A program made the position numbers and the translations under genes. From Octopus vulgaris (lineage: Eukaryota): 64,000 bases of DNA. Positions 27,487 through 41,399 of this stretch are shown here, in pieces (within the stretch, counting starts at the first letter, position 1; every line of letters begins with the position of its first letter). The notes beneath the pieces are model-generated. The model was not told the DNA's origin. It made no database searches and worked only from the letters and a program-made list of their open reading frames with translations. The stretch is taken from the NCBI GenBank assembly GCA_951406725.2, contig OX597828.1, positions 37,324,001 to 37,388,000 on the forward strand, read 5' to 3'.

Positions 27487-28254
27487 ACATGTATGTATGT
27501 ATGTATTTATCTATCTATCTGTCTCTCTCTATATATATATACGTATGTATGCATATATATATTTATACATACGTATATGTATACATATGTATGTATATGT
27601 ATGTATATATATACATATATATACGTATATGATATATATATGCATTTACATATACAATATATATATATGATATGTATGTATTTATATATATATGTATGTA
27701 TTTTATGTATTTATTTATATATATGTATATATGTATGTATGTATGTATGTATATGTATGTATGTATGTATCCATCAAGCTATCCATATATATGCAAATGT
27801 ATATATATATATATGCATATATATATATATTTATATATATGTATATGTAAGTATATATTTATATACATAAGTATATATATACATATGTATGTATATGTAT
27901 GTATATGTATGTATATGTATATATCTCTCTCTCTCTCTCTGTATATATATACATATATATATAGATATATACATATGTATATACATATATACACGTATAT
28001 GGTATATATGAATACACATATACGATATATATATGATATATCTATCTATCTATATATATATATATAATATTCGTTTGTGCGTGTGGGTGTATACGTATAC
28101 GCATATGCATAACGCGTGAAAGCAAACTTAAATACAAGGATTATGTAGATATAACGCGATAGAAACGTGTTACGAACTTAACTAAAGAAACACACTCGTA
28201 CACACACACACGAGCACATGCACACACACGCACACACACACACACACACACATA

Positions 28255-28323
<69 letters not shown>

Positions 28324-28500
28324 TTATATGTATGAGTGTGTGCATGTATTTATCTCTATCTCTCTATATATACTATCAGTCTGTCTGTCTATCTATCTAT
28401 CTATCTATCCATCCATGCATTCATCCATTTATCTATCTATCTATCTAGCCATACAAAGAGAGAAGAAGAAGAAGAGAGAGAGAGAGAGAGAGAGAGAGGG
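27382..28500. repeat. TA/TATG/CA/GA compound microsatellite field
   Basis: Directly visible. Confidence 0.93.
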
Positions 28501-28910
28501 AACAGCGGAAGCAGAGAAAAACGCATCTCTATCTGTTCATCTCCTCCACATAAATGTTGTATTTAATACGGACAGGACTTTATTCTTATTCTTTATCTGT
28601 CCATCTCTTCATATGGCTGTATATATGAACACTCTCGCATACTACCCATAGGATGCTATCTCTTCATATCACTGTGCATAGACGAATACAATAGACCACC
28701 ATAGAAATATATATGAGTGTGAGGGAGGGTGTGAGAGAGATAGTATGCGAGGCACACATACAAACACACCCGCACACTGATATGCACACACACACACACA
28801 CTGATATGCACACACACACACACACACACGTAGATACATTCACATCTACATATCAATTGTCATAGGTAATGAAAGAAATATAGTGTATGATTTCGATAAT
28901 GAATTATGTT

Positions 28911-29133
28911 TGCACGTCTCTGCATCCTTTTCTCTTTCTCCCCCTCTCTCTATCTCTCTCTCTCATGCTTCAATCGCTCGGTGGGAGGCTAAACACACAC
29001 ACACACACCTGCGCACACATATATAAGTATTCATACGCACATGACATATACATCTACACGCACCCAGATACAAACACACACATATATATCAAGGAATAGA
29101 TACATTTATAAACATCTTTACATATACAGACAA

Positions 29134-29178
<45 letters not shown>

Positions 29179-29405
29179 TGTCTGTATATGTAAAGATGTT
29201 TATAAATGTATCTATTCCTTGATATATATGTGTGTGTTTGTCTCTGGGTGCGTGTAGATGTATATGTCATGTGCGTATGAATACTTATATATGTGTGCGC
29301 AGGTGTGTGTGGGTGTGTGTGTGTGTGTTTAGCCTCCCACCGAGCGATTGAAGCATGAGAGAGAGAGATAGAGAGAGGGGGAGAAAGAGAAAAGGATGCA
29401 GAGAC

Positions 29406-29410
<5 letters not shown>
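28911..29410. repeat. ~500-bp near-perfect palindrome centred on (TA)n
   Basis: TGCACGTCTCTGCATCC... at 28911 mirrors ...GGATGCAGAGACGTGCA ending 29410. Confidence 0.92.
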
Positions 29411-29461
<51 letters not shown>

Positions 29462-29514
29462 ATATATATATATATATAAATATTTATACACATATGTATG
29501 TATATACGTATGCA

Positions 29515-29563
<49 letters not shown>

Positions 29564-29565
29564 CA

Positions 29566-29659
<94 letters not shown>

Positions 29660-29848
29660 TATATCTAATCTATAGAGGCAGCATTGCTTACGAAGCAGAT
29701 GTTTCGGAAGCAGAATAGCTACATGTTAAGAATAATTGGATACTTCTGAACAATATGTTTTACGCATTATAGAGGTATTCATGGAAATATATACACACTC
29801 AAGCAAGCATATATATATACATATATATATACATATATATATATGTAT

Positions 29849-29924
<76 letters not shown>

Positions 29925-30415
29925 ATATATATATATATGTATATATGTATATATAAATATATATATATGTATACATCTGATAGAGCAAGCCTCTCGTCAG
30001 TGCTGCTAATATCTTCGTTTTACACTGAGCACATTTGTCATTTATGAGTTTTATCATTGTGGTGTTTATGTGTTGTTTTATTCTTCGAGCTGGCAATTAA
30101 TGGTTTCTAAAGAATTCGAGTGCGCAGAATCTCCATCGAAGTCATCTTTTGTGTAGATAAACGCATCTCAGGTGTTCGTAAATAACATTTCTGGCATTTA
30201 TATGTATAGACACACAGACATACATATACTCACGCAAACATAATCACACAGACTTTCAATGGCATATATATATATATATATATATATAGTCTTATATATG
30301 CGTGTCTGTATTTATGTTTACATATGTATATATATATATGTACATAAATATGTAAAATATATATATAATATATATCATATATATATATATATCTTTATCT
30401 GAATGTGTATACATA

Positions 30416-30457
<42 letters not shown>

Positions 30458-31134
30458 TTATCTGAATATGTATACATACGTACATAAATACACACACACA
30501 CAGAAACATACACATACATATGTACAAAGATATACATACGAAAACAATAACACACTCTGTGATAAATAGATGCACATATTGTTAATGCTAGTTAATGCTG
30601 CTAACTAATGTTCTATATTAATTGGATATTTCCATAGATTTTTTTCACCAATGGATTCTCTTATTTCTGAATTATATCAACACGTGCTCACAAAATGCAA
30701 CTGTTAAGATATCCAGCTCATAATCATGCTATCGTCGCTTTGATGCTAGGTTTTGTCTTTACCTTAGATTTGAAATCCCTGTATCTTTTCAGTAGAATTA
30801 TATAGCCATAAACACTGTTGGAGTGTGTTAAGAAGGAACTGCATTTGAAATAGAAATGCCAGATGAGTGTCTTCACAATAGATTTATCTATGGTGTATTT
30901 AACTGTTCCTACTAAAACAAAATGTGTATTTCGTGTATAAATATATATTTGAATATGTGGGTGCATCTATGGTTACATACATCTGTGTGCGTGTGTATGT
31001 GTACATATATGCACATATCTACGTAACCTTTAAATATATATGTACATCTTTATATACATATGTAGAAATATGTATGTGTGAGTGTGTTTATGTACGTATA
31101 TATGAGTGTATGAATCACGCTCTCTCTCTCTATC

Positions 31135-31172
<38 letters not shown>

Positions 31173-31184
31173 CATGTATATATA

Positions 31185-32700
31185 AAATTAATATGAACAG
31201 TAGTTTGCAACGTTTCACCAAAATGGAGAATTACAAATGTCACTAAATACGACTAGGGTGATATACAACACCTACAGTACTAGGAATGCTCTAATGCTGT
31301 AGTTAACGGACATGAAGGGAAACATATACACTAACAATGAACCATAATCGTTCGAAAAGTGCCGATCGAGAATGCTTAATACTGACGCGTCAGTTTCGGC
31401 AATTTCCGTCGCCTCATCAGTTAAGCTAGCTCGGCTTCGGCTCTTTCCGGAGTCGCTTCGCCATTAATATTTATGTTTTCGTCATCCGGATAATTGGATG
31501 ATTTAGGGATTTAGGGATTCGTTAATGTATATAATATGAAATTAATATGAACAGCAGTTTGTAATGTTTCAACAAAGAGGAGAATTACAAATATCACTAA
31601 ATTCGACCCTGGACTCTTGTGTGTTATATTTAAATCGCCTATTTCCTTCGTCGAAATCTGGTAACATGTATGTTAGCTGATTGAATTCAGTGATTTTTAT
31701 CAAACAATCATGCTTGTCATTTGCTTGCTTGTTGAGGTGCGATGCCCATATCATTTCCCTACACGCACGCCAGTGTACTTCTAGTCATTATGATAATCTG
31801 CGGGCAGTTTCCCCTGTAAACATTGTGATGTTCTTATTTTCACTTTCTATGCATATGCTAACGTATACTACGTTTCTATTAAAATTCGCCTTTAGATTTG
31901 TTATACATACAATGCAATTTCTATTCAGATATGTATATTTTTTTTAAAAGATACATGTAATTATCTGTAATGAAAAGGGTCTACCTTGCGTCTCATCTCC
32001 TGTAATACTAAGTTTATTTTCTTTGTGTTCTCTTAAATTTATAAGGTAGTCTACGTTTGGTTGGTGCATCAATAAATACTGCTCTTTGGAATTCGTTTTT
32101 ATTGCATCATGAGTCTATTCCATCTACTGAGTTACTTGTTCTGCCATTATGGTTATATTTCTATAATTTTTGGTGATATATTCTAAAGTTTTTTTTTTCT
32201 TTTGAAAACTTCGGTTCATCCCTTTTGGGTGCGTCCGGGGAATTGCATGAGGTGGATGCAATTATTAAAGTACTGGACTAGAGTGATATATTTGTCATTA
32301 TTTTTACTAAGTTCTCTGTTGTTTGGGCAAAATAACCGTGGTTATCCCAGATTTAGAACTGATGCAACTAAATCATTATCCAATGCTGCCTTCACTCCAG
32401 ATGTTTTGATAAAAATTTATCTGCTATGCCTAACAGAGTAAGCGAATACCTATTGATCTCTCATCAGTTGTATTGGCTGTAGACACTTCTGCTATTGTTG
32501 CTTAGCTTTCCTAGGGATGGCCACCTTTCTTATTTACAGGCAAAATGTATCAAAGACCTATCGTCCTGACTGTTTTAAAGTAGAGTTTTGACAATAACTC
32601 GTAGTTGATTTGATTAGATTATTTGGTGTTTCGATCTTTCAATCTATTGAACAGCAAGTTATTTTCGTATTCCTTCATGCCACAAGGATGATTCTGAGGC
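31185..32700. mobile_element. Decayed Penelope-like element: pLTR repeats, GIY-YIG remnant (-) and RT remnant (+)
   Basis: Direct repeats ~31185-31253 / 31539-31608 flank a hammerhead. Minus 31930-31700 reads ..RNVVYVSICIE..FTGETARRL..H (GIY-YIG-like). Plus ~32270-32415 reads KYWTR/DIFVI and LP../DVLI across frameshifts (PLE RT-like). Right boundary approximate. Confidence 0.65.
31374..31426 (-). ncRNA. Type-I hammerhead ribozyme with intact core
   Basis: Minus strand: GCUUAA-CUGAUGA-GGCGA(CGGAAA)UUGCC-GAA-ACUGACGCGUCAGU-A-UUAAGC; 6-bp helix I, 14-nt palindromic helix III, GUA cleavage triplet. Confidence 0.85.
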
Positions 32701-32892
32701 AAAAAAAACTACATAGACAAAAAACAAAATCGTTTATTTTTACCTCTTAAATGCGGGGCACGACGCTACTTTATCTGTTTATAGCCATCTTGTTTTCCCA
32801 ATACCACCACACAAACATTTTACAGAACGAATGTAAAAAGTGAAAACGAAATAGAAAGGAAAGAAAGATCAAATGCTTCAGACACCACGAAA

Positions 32893-33150
<258 letters not shown>

Positions 33151-33934
33151 AATAAGCTCATCCCACTCCAAAATAACACTTCACCCGATTTGCACCAGAA
33201 GCTGGGGCGATACAACATTATTAGTTTATTCTTGAGAGTCTCTTCAGAAATGTTAAAGGAGAAGAATTCTGGATTCTGTATGAACATTTGATGTTTTTCA
33301 ATGGCATTTGAACATTCTTGTTGTGGTTCTGTTCTTGATGATGCTGTTGGCGATGATGATCTGTGTGTATGTGTGTGTGAGCGTGGAAATATTGCCTTTC
33401 GTTATTCAATAGAAAAACTGGAAGAGCCAATATTTACTCTTCAACTAAATGCTTTTAGCTTCTTACTGTCATTGAATTAATGTAATCTTTGGATTTTTCA
33501 AAAGACTTAATAAACCTCTTCGAGATGAAATAAATATCTTCGTGGTTTTCTCACTTTGTTAAACACGCTACAACCCGCAAAAATTATCTGCAGTTTCTCA
33601 CTCAGTTCTCCCATGTGTGTGCGCGTGAGCGTGTTTGTGTAAATGTGTGCGTGTGTGTTTGCGCGCACACATGTGTATGCGTGTGTGTTTGTGTGTATGC
33701 ATGAGTGATTATGGGTAGACGTCAGTGTGCGCGAGTGCGTGTGTGAAAATGTGTGCGCGTAAGGGAGAGCACTTGTGGATGTGCATGCGTGTGAGATAGT
33801 CTGTACACGTGAGTGTGTGTGTGTGTGTGTGCGTGTGCGGATGTTAGTGTGCGTGTGGTTATGGTGTGTACATGTGCATATAAACTTAGCTGTGTCTGTG
33901 TGTTTGCCTCTGCACATGTTCTTTTTATTCATTT

Positions 33935-34550
33935 ATTCTTTTAGTCTTTTAAAGGCCATGCTGGAGCACCACCTTTAGTCGAACAAATCGACCTCAGGAC
34001 TTATTCTTTGTAAGCCTAGTACTTATTCTGTCGGTCTCTTTTGCCGAACCACTAAGTTACAGGGACGTAGACACACTAATATCGGTTGTCGGGCGATGGT
34101 TGGGGTACAAACGCAGAAACACAACCCCCACGCATATATATATATATATATATATATATACGACAGGCTTCTTTCAGTTTCTATTTATCAAACTCACTCA
34201 CAAGGCTTTGGTCGGCCCGAGGCTATAGTAGAATTCACCTGCCTAAGGTAACACGCAGTGGGACTGAACCTGGAACCATGTGGTTGGTAAGCAAGCTACT
34301 TACCACACAGCCACTCCTTATTTCTTTATTGCCCACAAGGAGCTAAACACAGAGGGGACAAACAAGGTCAGACAAACGGATTAAGTCGATTATATCGACC
34401 CCAGTGCGTAACTGGTACTTGATTTATCGACTCCGAAAGGATGAAAGGCAAAGTCGACCTCGGCGGAATTTGAACTCAGAACGTAACGGCAGACGAAATA
34501 ACGCTAAGCATTTCGCCCGGCGCGCTAACGTTTCTGCCAGCTCGCCGCCT
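33935..34550 (-). mobile_element. Adjacent SINE-B (33935-34318) and SINE-A (34320-34550)
   Basis: Both near full length and directly abutting in the same orientation. Confidence 0.88.
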
Positions 34551-35174
34551 TTACTCGGTGCAGGAGTGCTATAGGTGCACCTCTCCTGCACCTATAAAGG
34601 CACTCCTGCGCTTCTTCAAATGCATGTGTATGCATGTGTGCGTATGTTTGTGTGTTCGTTTGTGTACGTTTGTGTGTGTTTGAGTTTGTGTGGGTTGCAG
34701 GTCGGCGAAGTTGCGTGTACTTTAACTGATAAAGACACACAGATAGGCTAAGTCAAACAGCAGGTAAACAGACAGGTGCTTAAGCGGGCAAATGGATATG
34801 CAGACGTCAATAAACCGCATACAACGATGTGACAAAATCAACTCATAAAAAGTCTTATCTTAAACTTTTGTCGCCTGCAAACGTTTATGCTGGTTTCTAT
34901 TCCAACACGTTTATTGCTGAGGTATTAAAATTTAAACTACGCCAAGGATTCTAGCTGACAGTTATATATGTTTTATTTTTTCCGTTCGTTAAGCTGTCAT
35001 TGTGATAGTGATATATGCGTGTGTGTATGTATGCGTGCATGTGTGTGTGTGTGTGTCATTCTGTGTGTGTGTGTGTGTTTCTGTGTATGTATATGCTTAG
35101 TAATGTGAATTGATATGTTTACTTATGCATGTATTCAGGTATATATATCAGTATGTATGATTATATTCTTTTTT

Positions 35175-35790
35175 TTTCTACTGTAGGCACAAAGCCTGAA
35201 ATTGTTGGGAAGGGGGCCAGTGATTAGATTGACCCCAGTACGCAACTGGTACTTAATTTATTGACTCAGAAAGGATGAAAGGCAAAGTCGACCTCGCTGG
35301 AATTTGAACTCAGAACGTAAAGACAGACGAAATTCCACTAACCATTTTGCCTGGAGTGCTAACGGTTCTGCCAGCTCGCCGGCTTTAAAAATTTCTTTTC
35401 TACTCTAGGCACAAGACCCGAAATTTCTGGGGAAGGGGACAGTTAATTAAATTGATTTCGGGACGCAACTGGTACTTAATTTATCGACCCCAAAAGGATG
35501 AAACGCAAAGTCGACCTCGACGGAATTTGAAATCAGAACGGAAAGACAGACAAAATACCAGTAAGCATTTCATCCTTTCGGGGTCGATAATTTAAATACC
35601 AGTTGCGTATTGGGGTCGATCTAAGCGACTGGCTCCCTCACCATAAATTTCGCTAAGGTACGGGTACGTAAACACACCAGCATCGATTGTCAAGTGATGG
35701 TGGTGGTGAGGAGAAACAAACACACATGAATATATATATGTATATACGACGGACTTCTTTCAGTTTCCGTCTACTAAATCCACTCCCCAG
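35175..35790. mobile_element. Cluster of SINE-A (tail 2) copies and a SINE-B fragment
   Basis: Family cores on both strands. Confidence 0.75.
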
Positions 35791-36249
35791 AAATTACTAC
35801 CCTGTGCCCAATTTGAAACCAATTTATAAGTGTTTGTGCTCCACCCTTATGTATGTGTATTCATGCATTTCATATGTTTATGTGGATGTGTGCATACGTC
35901 TACCATAGAAAAACTCCCATAGCGGTTCCCTGGAGAATTTTACATGTTTTTCCTATGTTTTGCACGTGGAAATCACACGCAAGATTTCTGGGACGTTTTG
36001 CAAATTTTAATTATGCCTCTACCTGATTATATTTGGAGATTACGGACCAGTTTCTTATTTTGGGAAAACCGCAGTTTTGCTAGGTTTTAGGCAGATCCAT
36101 TATGTGCATGTATGAGAGAGCAGTGCATGCCATCAAAGTGTCACTTGGGTAACATATACGAAGCCTAGAATACCCATCATGACTACCCGTTTGATAAGGG
36201 TACACCAGACACATGAATCACAAACATATGTGCGCAAAATAGTGATCTC

Positions 36250-36280
<31 letters not shown>

Positions 36281-36416
36281 TGTATGTATGTATGTATGTA
36301 TGTATGTATGTATGTATGTATGTATGCATGCATGTATGTATGTATGCATGCATGTATGTATGTATGTATGTATGTATGTATGTATGTATGTATGTATGTA
36401 TGTATGTATGTATGTA
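36250..36416. repeat. (TATG)n microsatellite
   Basis: Directly visible. Confidence 0.95.
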
Positions 36417-37080
36417 GGAATGAAGGCAAGTGGCTTAGAGGTTAGGGTATTTGGCTGACGTTCGTAAGGTTGTGAGTTGATTCCTGGCAGAACGCTGTGT
36501 ATTCTTGAACGAGACAGTTATTTCCCGTTGCCCTAGTCCAGTTGTCGAAACTGAGCCTTAACTGTAATTCAATGGGCCAGCCTGGTCACTTTCCCTGTCA
36601 CACCGAATCTTCCTGAGAATTACTTTAAGGATACCCGTGTCTGTGAAATGCCCAGTTACTTGCAGGTTATTTTCACGAGGAGGCTGATTTGTCGATCGGA
36701 TCATCTGCAACATTCGTTGGATTATCTGCCCTAGCCAAGATGAGGCGCAGTGGGACTGAACTGAGAAAGACGTGGTTGGGAAGCAAGCTTTTTACTATAA
36801 ACCCATGTCTGCAATATACTTCACAAACCTATACAACGCCCCCGTCAAGAAACTATCTCTCATAACTTCGGGTGTCTTTTCCATTTTTGGAAATTTTTTT
36901 TTTGTTTTCTTACATATTAATTTTTTTGTTATATTTTTGGTTTGTTGCTGATTAACTTTACGAGTTGAATATTCTGCCTATAGATATATTCCCAGAGGCA
37001 TTATCATCACTCGCCTGATGAACGGAGATGAAGAATTTCTAAGTAACGACTCGTAGCGAAATTTCACCTCGAAATAAATA

Positions 37081-37142
<62 letters not shown>

Positions 37143-37209
37143 ACTATCTCTCTATCTATCTAACTATCTCTATCTATCTAACTATCTCTCTCTCTCTATC
37201 TATCTAAAA

Positions 37210-37332
<123 letters not shown>

Positions 37333-37351
37333 TATATATGCACATATATAT

Positions 37352-37407
<56 letters not shown>

Positions 37408-38901
37408 ATATATATACATGGTGTCCTATATTAACCAAAGAATAAGCATAGAAATTAATATAAAGCAAAAGAAAGAAAAGTATTTTCTCTTTTGTCTTTT
37501 CTCATTACAGATGTTTTTTCCTGCTTGAAGTCTTCCATCTGCTACAAGACTTTACTTTAGACATTGTTCACCCCCCCCCCCACGCATATTTATGTAAATG
37601 TGTGCTTGTGCGTATTTATATAAACGCTTACAAGGCAAGCGGACAAATAACATTCTCTCTCACACTTACGTAAATAGATATATATTCGTGTGTACATATT
37701 TACCGATACATCACGATGTATATTAGTAACACGTCATTCAACCAATGAACCAATCAGACAATCAGCCAATCAACCAGACGACAAATTGGTCAACCATTTT
37801 TTTTTATATATTTGTTTCTGTTATTTCGCCATTTCTTCCCTTCTTGTTAGGTTTCGCTTTTCACTTATCAGCAAACACTTGAAGCGAAATTTCGTGATGT
37901 TTCTGGCGATGAACAAGAATTGTGATTAATCGAAATTTTATAGTATACACATCATTATTTGAGAAATGCTGTGTATCTTATGGTGTAGTTTAATGGGGAG
38001 GTCTCTTACTGAGTATCGAATGTCGACAATCAGGTTTCGATTTCGATTTCGATTTTTATTTGTTTAAAATTTTTGCACAAGTCCAGTAATTTCGGAGGAG
38101 GTTTTACGTTGATAAAATCGACCCCAGTACTCAACTGTACTTATATGCTTTTCTACTCAAAGCACAAGGCCCGAAATTTTGGGTGGGTGGGTGTTAGTTG
38201 ATTAGATAGACCCAGTATGCAACTGGTATTTATAATATCGATCACGTGAGGATGAAATGCAAAGAAGTCGATGTCGGTAGAATTTGAACTCAGAACGCAA
38301 AGACCGACGAAATACCGCTAAGCATATTGTGTAACGCGGTAACGATTCTACCAGCTCGCTGCCGCAGAATTCACTTTGAATTGTATGCTAGAAATTGTAT
38401 GAAGATTATGAACGCTAGAATTTCCGATTTAACATTCTTTAAAACAGATTTGGTATTACTGGTAGTAAAAATTACAGCCAAAGGAGAGACGGGATTATGC
38501 AAAATAATTTAAGTAAATAAGTATAATTTAAGAAGGTGCAGAAATAGCTGTACGGTAAAAAGGGTGCGTCCTAGACACATAGTTTCGGGTTCAGTCCCAA
38601 TGAGTGGCATATTAAGCCCGTGTTTTATATTTATATCCCTGGGTCGATCATATCCTTCTGAGTAGATTTGGTAGGCGGAAACTGAAAGAAGACTGTCGTT
38701 TATATATATATATATATATATAATAATAAATATTAGGGAATAAATCCAACTTTACAGGGAAAAAAATCAGATTTAGGATTAAATCCAATTTTATAGTAAA
38801 ATATTATAAAATATTATTAGAGACAAAACCACTATTTTGCAAAACAAACAAGGAAAGACTTAATCAATACATAAAATTTTAATAAATAGTCAAAAAAACC
38901 G

Positions 38902-38944
38902 CCACTACAATCGTTTCTTGTCTTGATCGACAATCTTCAGGTGG
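38902..38944 (-). ncRNA. Minimal type-I hammerhead motif (left arm)
   Basis: Mirror image of 38990-39032. Confidence 0.7.
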
Positions 38945-38989
38945 ACTTCAATAAGTCAGTTTCATAATTTGAAACTGACTTATTGAAGT

Positions 38990-39032
38990 CCACCTGAAGA
39001 TTGTCGATCAAGACAAGAAACGATTGTAGTGG
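38990..39032 (+). ncRNA. Minimal type-I hammerhead motif (right arm)
   Basis: CCAC-CUGAAGA-UUGUC(GAUCAA)GACAA-GAA-ACGAUUGU-A-GUGG; near-palindromic helix III; GUA triplet. Confidence 0.72.
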
Positions 39033-39119
39033 CGGTTTTTTTGACTATTTATTAAAATTTTATGTATTGATTAAGTCTTTCCTTGTTTGTTTTGCAAAAT
39101 AGTGGTTTTGTCTCTAATA

Positions 39120-39157
<38 letters not shown>

Positions 39158-39162
39158 AAGGA

Positions 39163-39465
39163 AGCACTCCATCGGTTACGACAACGAGGGTCCCAGCTGA
39201 TACGATCAACGGAAAAGCTTGTTCGTGAGGTTAACATGGCTGAGCACTCCAAAAGCATGCGTACCCCTTCGCATATTTCTCAGGGAGATTCAGCGTGACA
39301 CAGAGTGTAACAAGGCTGGCTCCTTGAAATAGAGGTACTACTCAATTTTTGCCGGCTGTGTGAACTGGAGCACCGTGAAATAAAGTGTCGTGCACAAGGA
39401 CAAAACGCGCCGCCGGGAATCGAACTCGACCCTACGATCGCAAACCGAATACACTAACAACTAAG
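39163..39465 (-). mobile_element. SINE family C-related copy (degenerate)
   Basis: Shares tail with 2208-2400. Confidence 0.7.
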
Positions 39466-39840
39466 CTATATGTATATATATGTATTTGTGTTTGTTTGTG
39501 TGTGTGTGTGTGTGTGTCTGTTTGTGTGTGTGAGCGTTTACCCTTATGTACGTGTGTGTATCTTTATCTTTATCATTCCTCTGCTTGACATCATGTGTTG
39601 ATTTTCTTACTTTTCCTTGACTTGGTAGTCCGGCCCCAGGGATCGATAGAATATGTATAAGGCTTTAAAAAATTAGATACTATGGACGAAAAAATACACT
39701 AAAATTTCAAGACAGTGCCCTAGCATGGTCGCAGTCAAATTGAAACATGTAAAAGAAAATGGAAGATAAATAAATATAATTTAAAACGTACATCAAAAAC
39801 CACGCTGTTTCTATATGAGCGCCTATTATCTTGCTCATAA

Positions 39841-40235
39841 GGCGGCGAGCTGGCAGAAACGTTAGCACGCCGGGCGAAATGCTTAGCGGTATTTCGACTG
39901 TGGCTATGTTCTGAGTTCAAATTCCGCTGAGGTCAACTTTGCCTTTCATCCTTTCGAAGTCGATTAAATGAGTACCAGTTATGCACTGGGGTCAATATAA
40001 ACGACTTAATCCGTTTGTCTGTCCTTGTTTGTCCTCTCTGTGTTTAGCCCCTTGTGGGCAGTAAAGAAATAGGCATTTCATCTGCCGCTACGTTCTGAGT
40101 TCAAATTCCACCGATGTCAACTTTGCCTTTCATCCTTTCGGGGGGCGATAAATTAAGTACCAGTTGCGTTCTGGGGTCAATCTAATCGCTGACCCCCTCC
40201 TCCAAAATTTCAGGCCTTGTTCTTACAGTAGAAAA
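39841..40235 (+). mobile_element. Dimeric SINE family A (full head + tail 1, then headless unit + tail 2)
   Basis: Starts GGCGGCGAGCTGGCAGAAACGTTAGC; B-box-like GAGTTCAAATTCC occurs twice. Confidence 0.9.
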
Positions 40236-41399
40236 AAAAGAATATAATCATACATACTGATATATATACATGAATACATGCATAAATAAACATATCGATT
40301 CGCATTACTAAGATAGAAATAAAAAAGAGGTAATGTAATCTCAGATATAATGACAGAAAATAGACGAGAGTGTCACGCGAAGAACGCCTTTAAACAGAGG
40401 TTAGCAATGTAATCGACTGGTCCCCTCCCCACAAATTTCGGGTCTTGTACCTCCAGTAAAAAGGATTATCTTTTGGACTCACTTGCTTCAAACATATCTT
40501 CTAACGTAGTTGTTATGAACTAGGATATGCATTATACTCTACCTTGACACTGTGTCGATTAAGATCCCCGTTGACAGGCCGCTGATATTTATAGAGTGTC
40601 AAACACTTTCGGTATGCATATTAGGGACCCGTTCATAGAGTAATTGCTGCATTTGTTGAGTATATATACTGTCTGGCTGCTTGTTTCTCTGGAGACTGTC
40701 AGAATGATGTAGACGCCTCTGATGGGAATCGAACAAGGTTCGAAAATTGATTAAGGTTGTTCATAATATTTTTTCAGTCTATTGAAAAATGGCGAAAATT
40801 TGCCCTGTTTATAATTATACCGTATGTTACATACATATATATTAGTCATCATTGATCGGCGGCAGGTCATAAGCCAAATTACATGATGTAGTAAGGAGTG
40901 GTGGATTAGCAAATACGGTAATGGAATTTGGCAGCATAATTACTGTGTGGGCCAAAATTAATTTCTCTATCTCGAATCTTGCGTTCTGAGTCCAAATTCT
41001 AATGTGATCGATATTTTTGCCTTTCGGTTGTCCTGTGTTAATAAAGTAAAGTCACCAGTCGAGTATTGGTTTCGGCGTAGCTAACCATATCCTCACGTAT
41101 TACCGCGTATATTTAGAAATAAAAATAATATTATACACTTGGAATTCCGGTGATATCTATGAGCTACAAGATCACTGCAATATATTCATCATAATTTTCT
41201 TCTGACTTTACTTTCTAAATTAAAATGCCGCCGTTGTTTACGTGGCCTTTCATCCTTCCGAGGTCGATAAAATGAGCACCAGTTGAACACTGCGTAATTG
41301 ACTTATTCACCACCCCCGAAATTGCTGGCCTTGTGTCAAAATATGAACTCACTATATGCAATATATTGAGAGAGCCTCTCACATGATGAAAAGCATAGA

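Larger units (their letters stand above)
38805..39129. repeat. Perfect 160-bp inverted repeat with 5-nt spacer, pLTR-like
   Basis: Arms 38805-38964 and 38970-39129; the insert (from ~38721) lies between TA tracts after a SINE-B head. Confidence 0.93.

Noticed and set aside
31502-31518. Two TTAGGG telomere-like hexamers inside the pLTR-like segment
   Set aside because: Only two units with 8-bp spacing; could be chance.
37015-37080. CTGATGA...GAAA hammerhead-like start
   Set aside because: Helix III, cleavage site and helix I partner are missing; the sequence runs into (ATCT)n.
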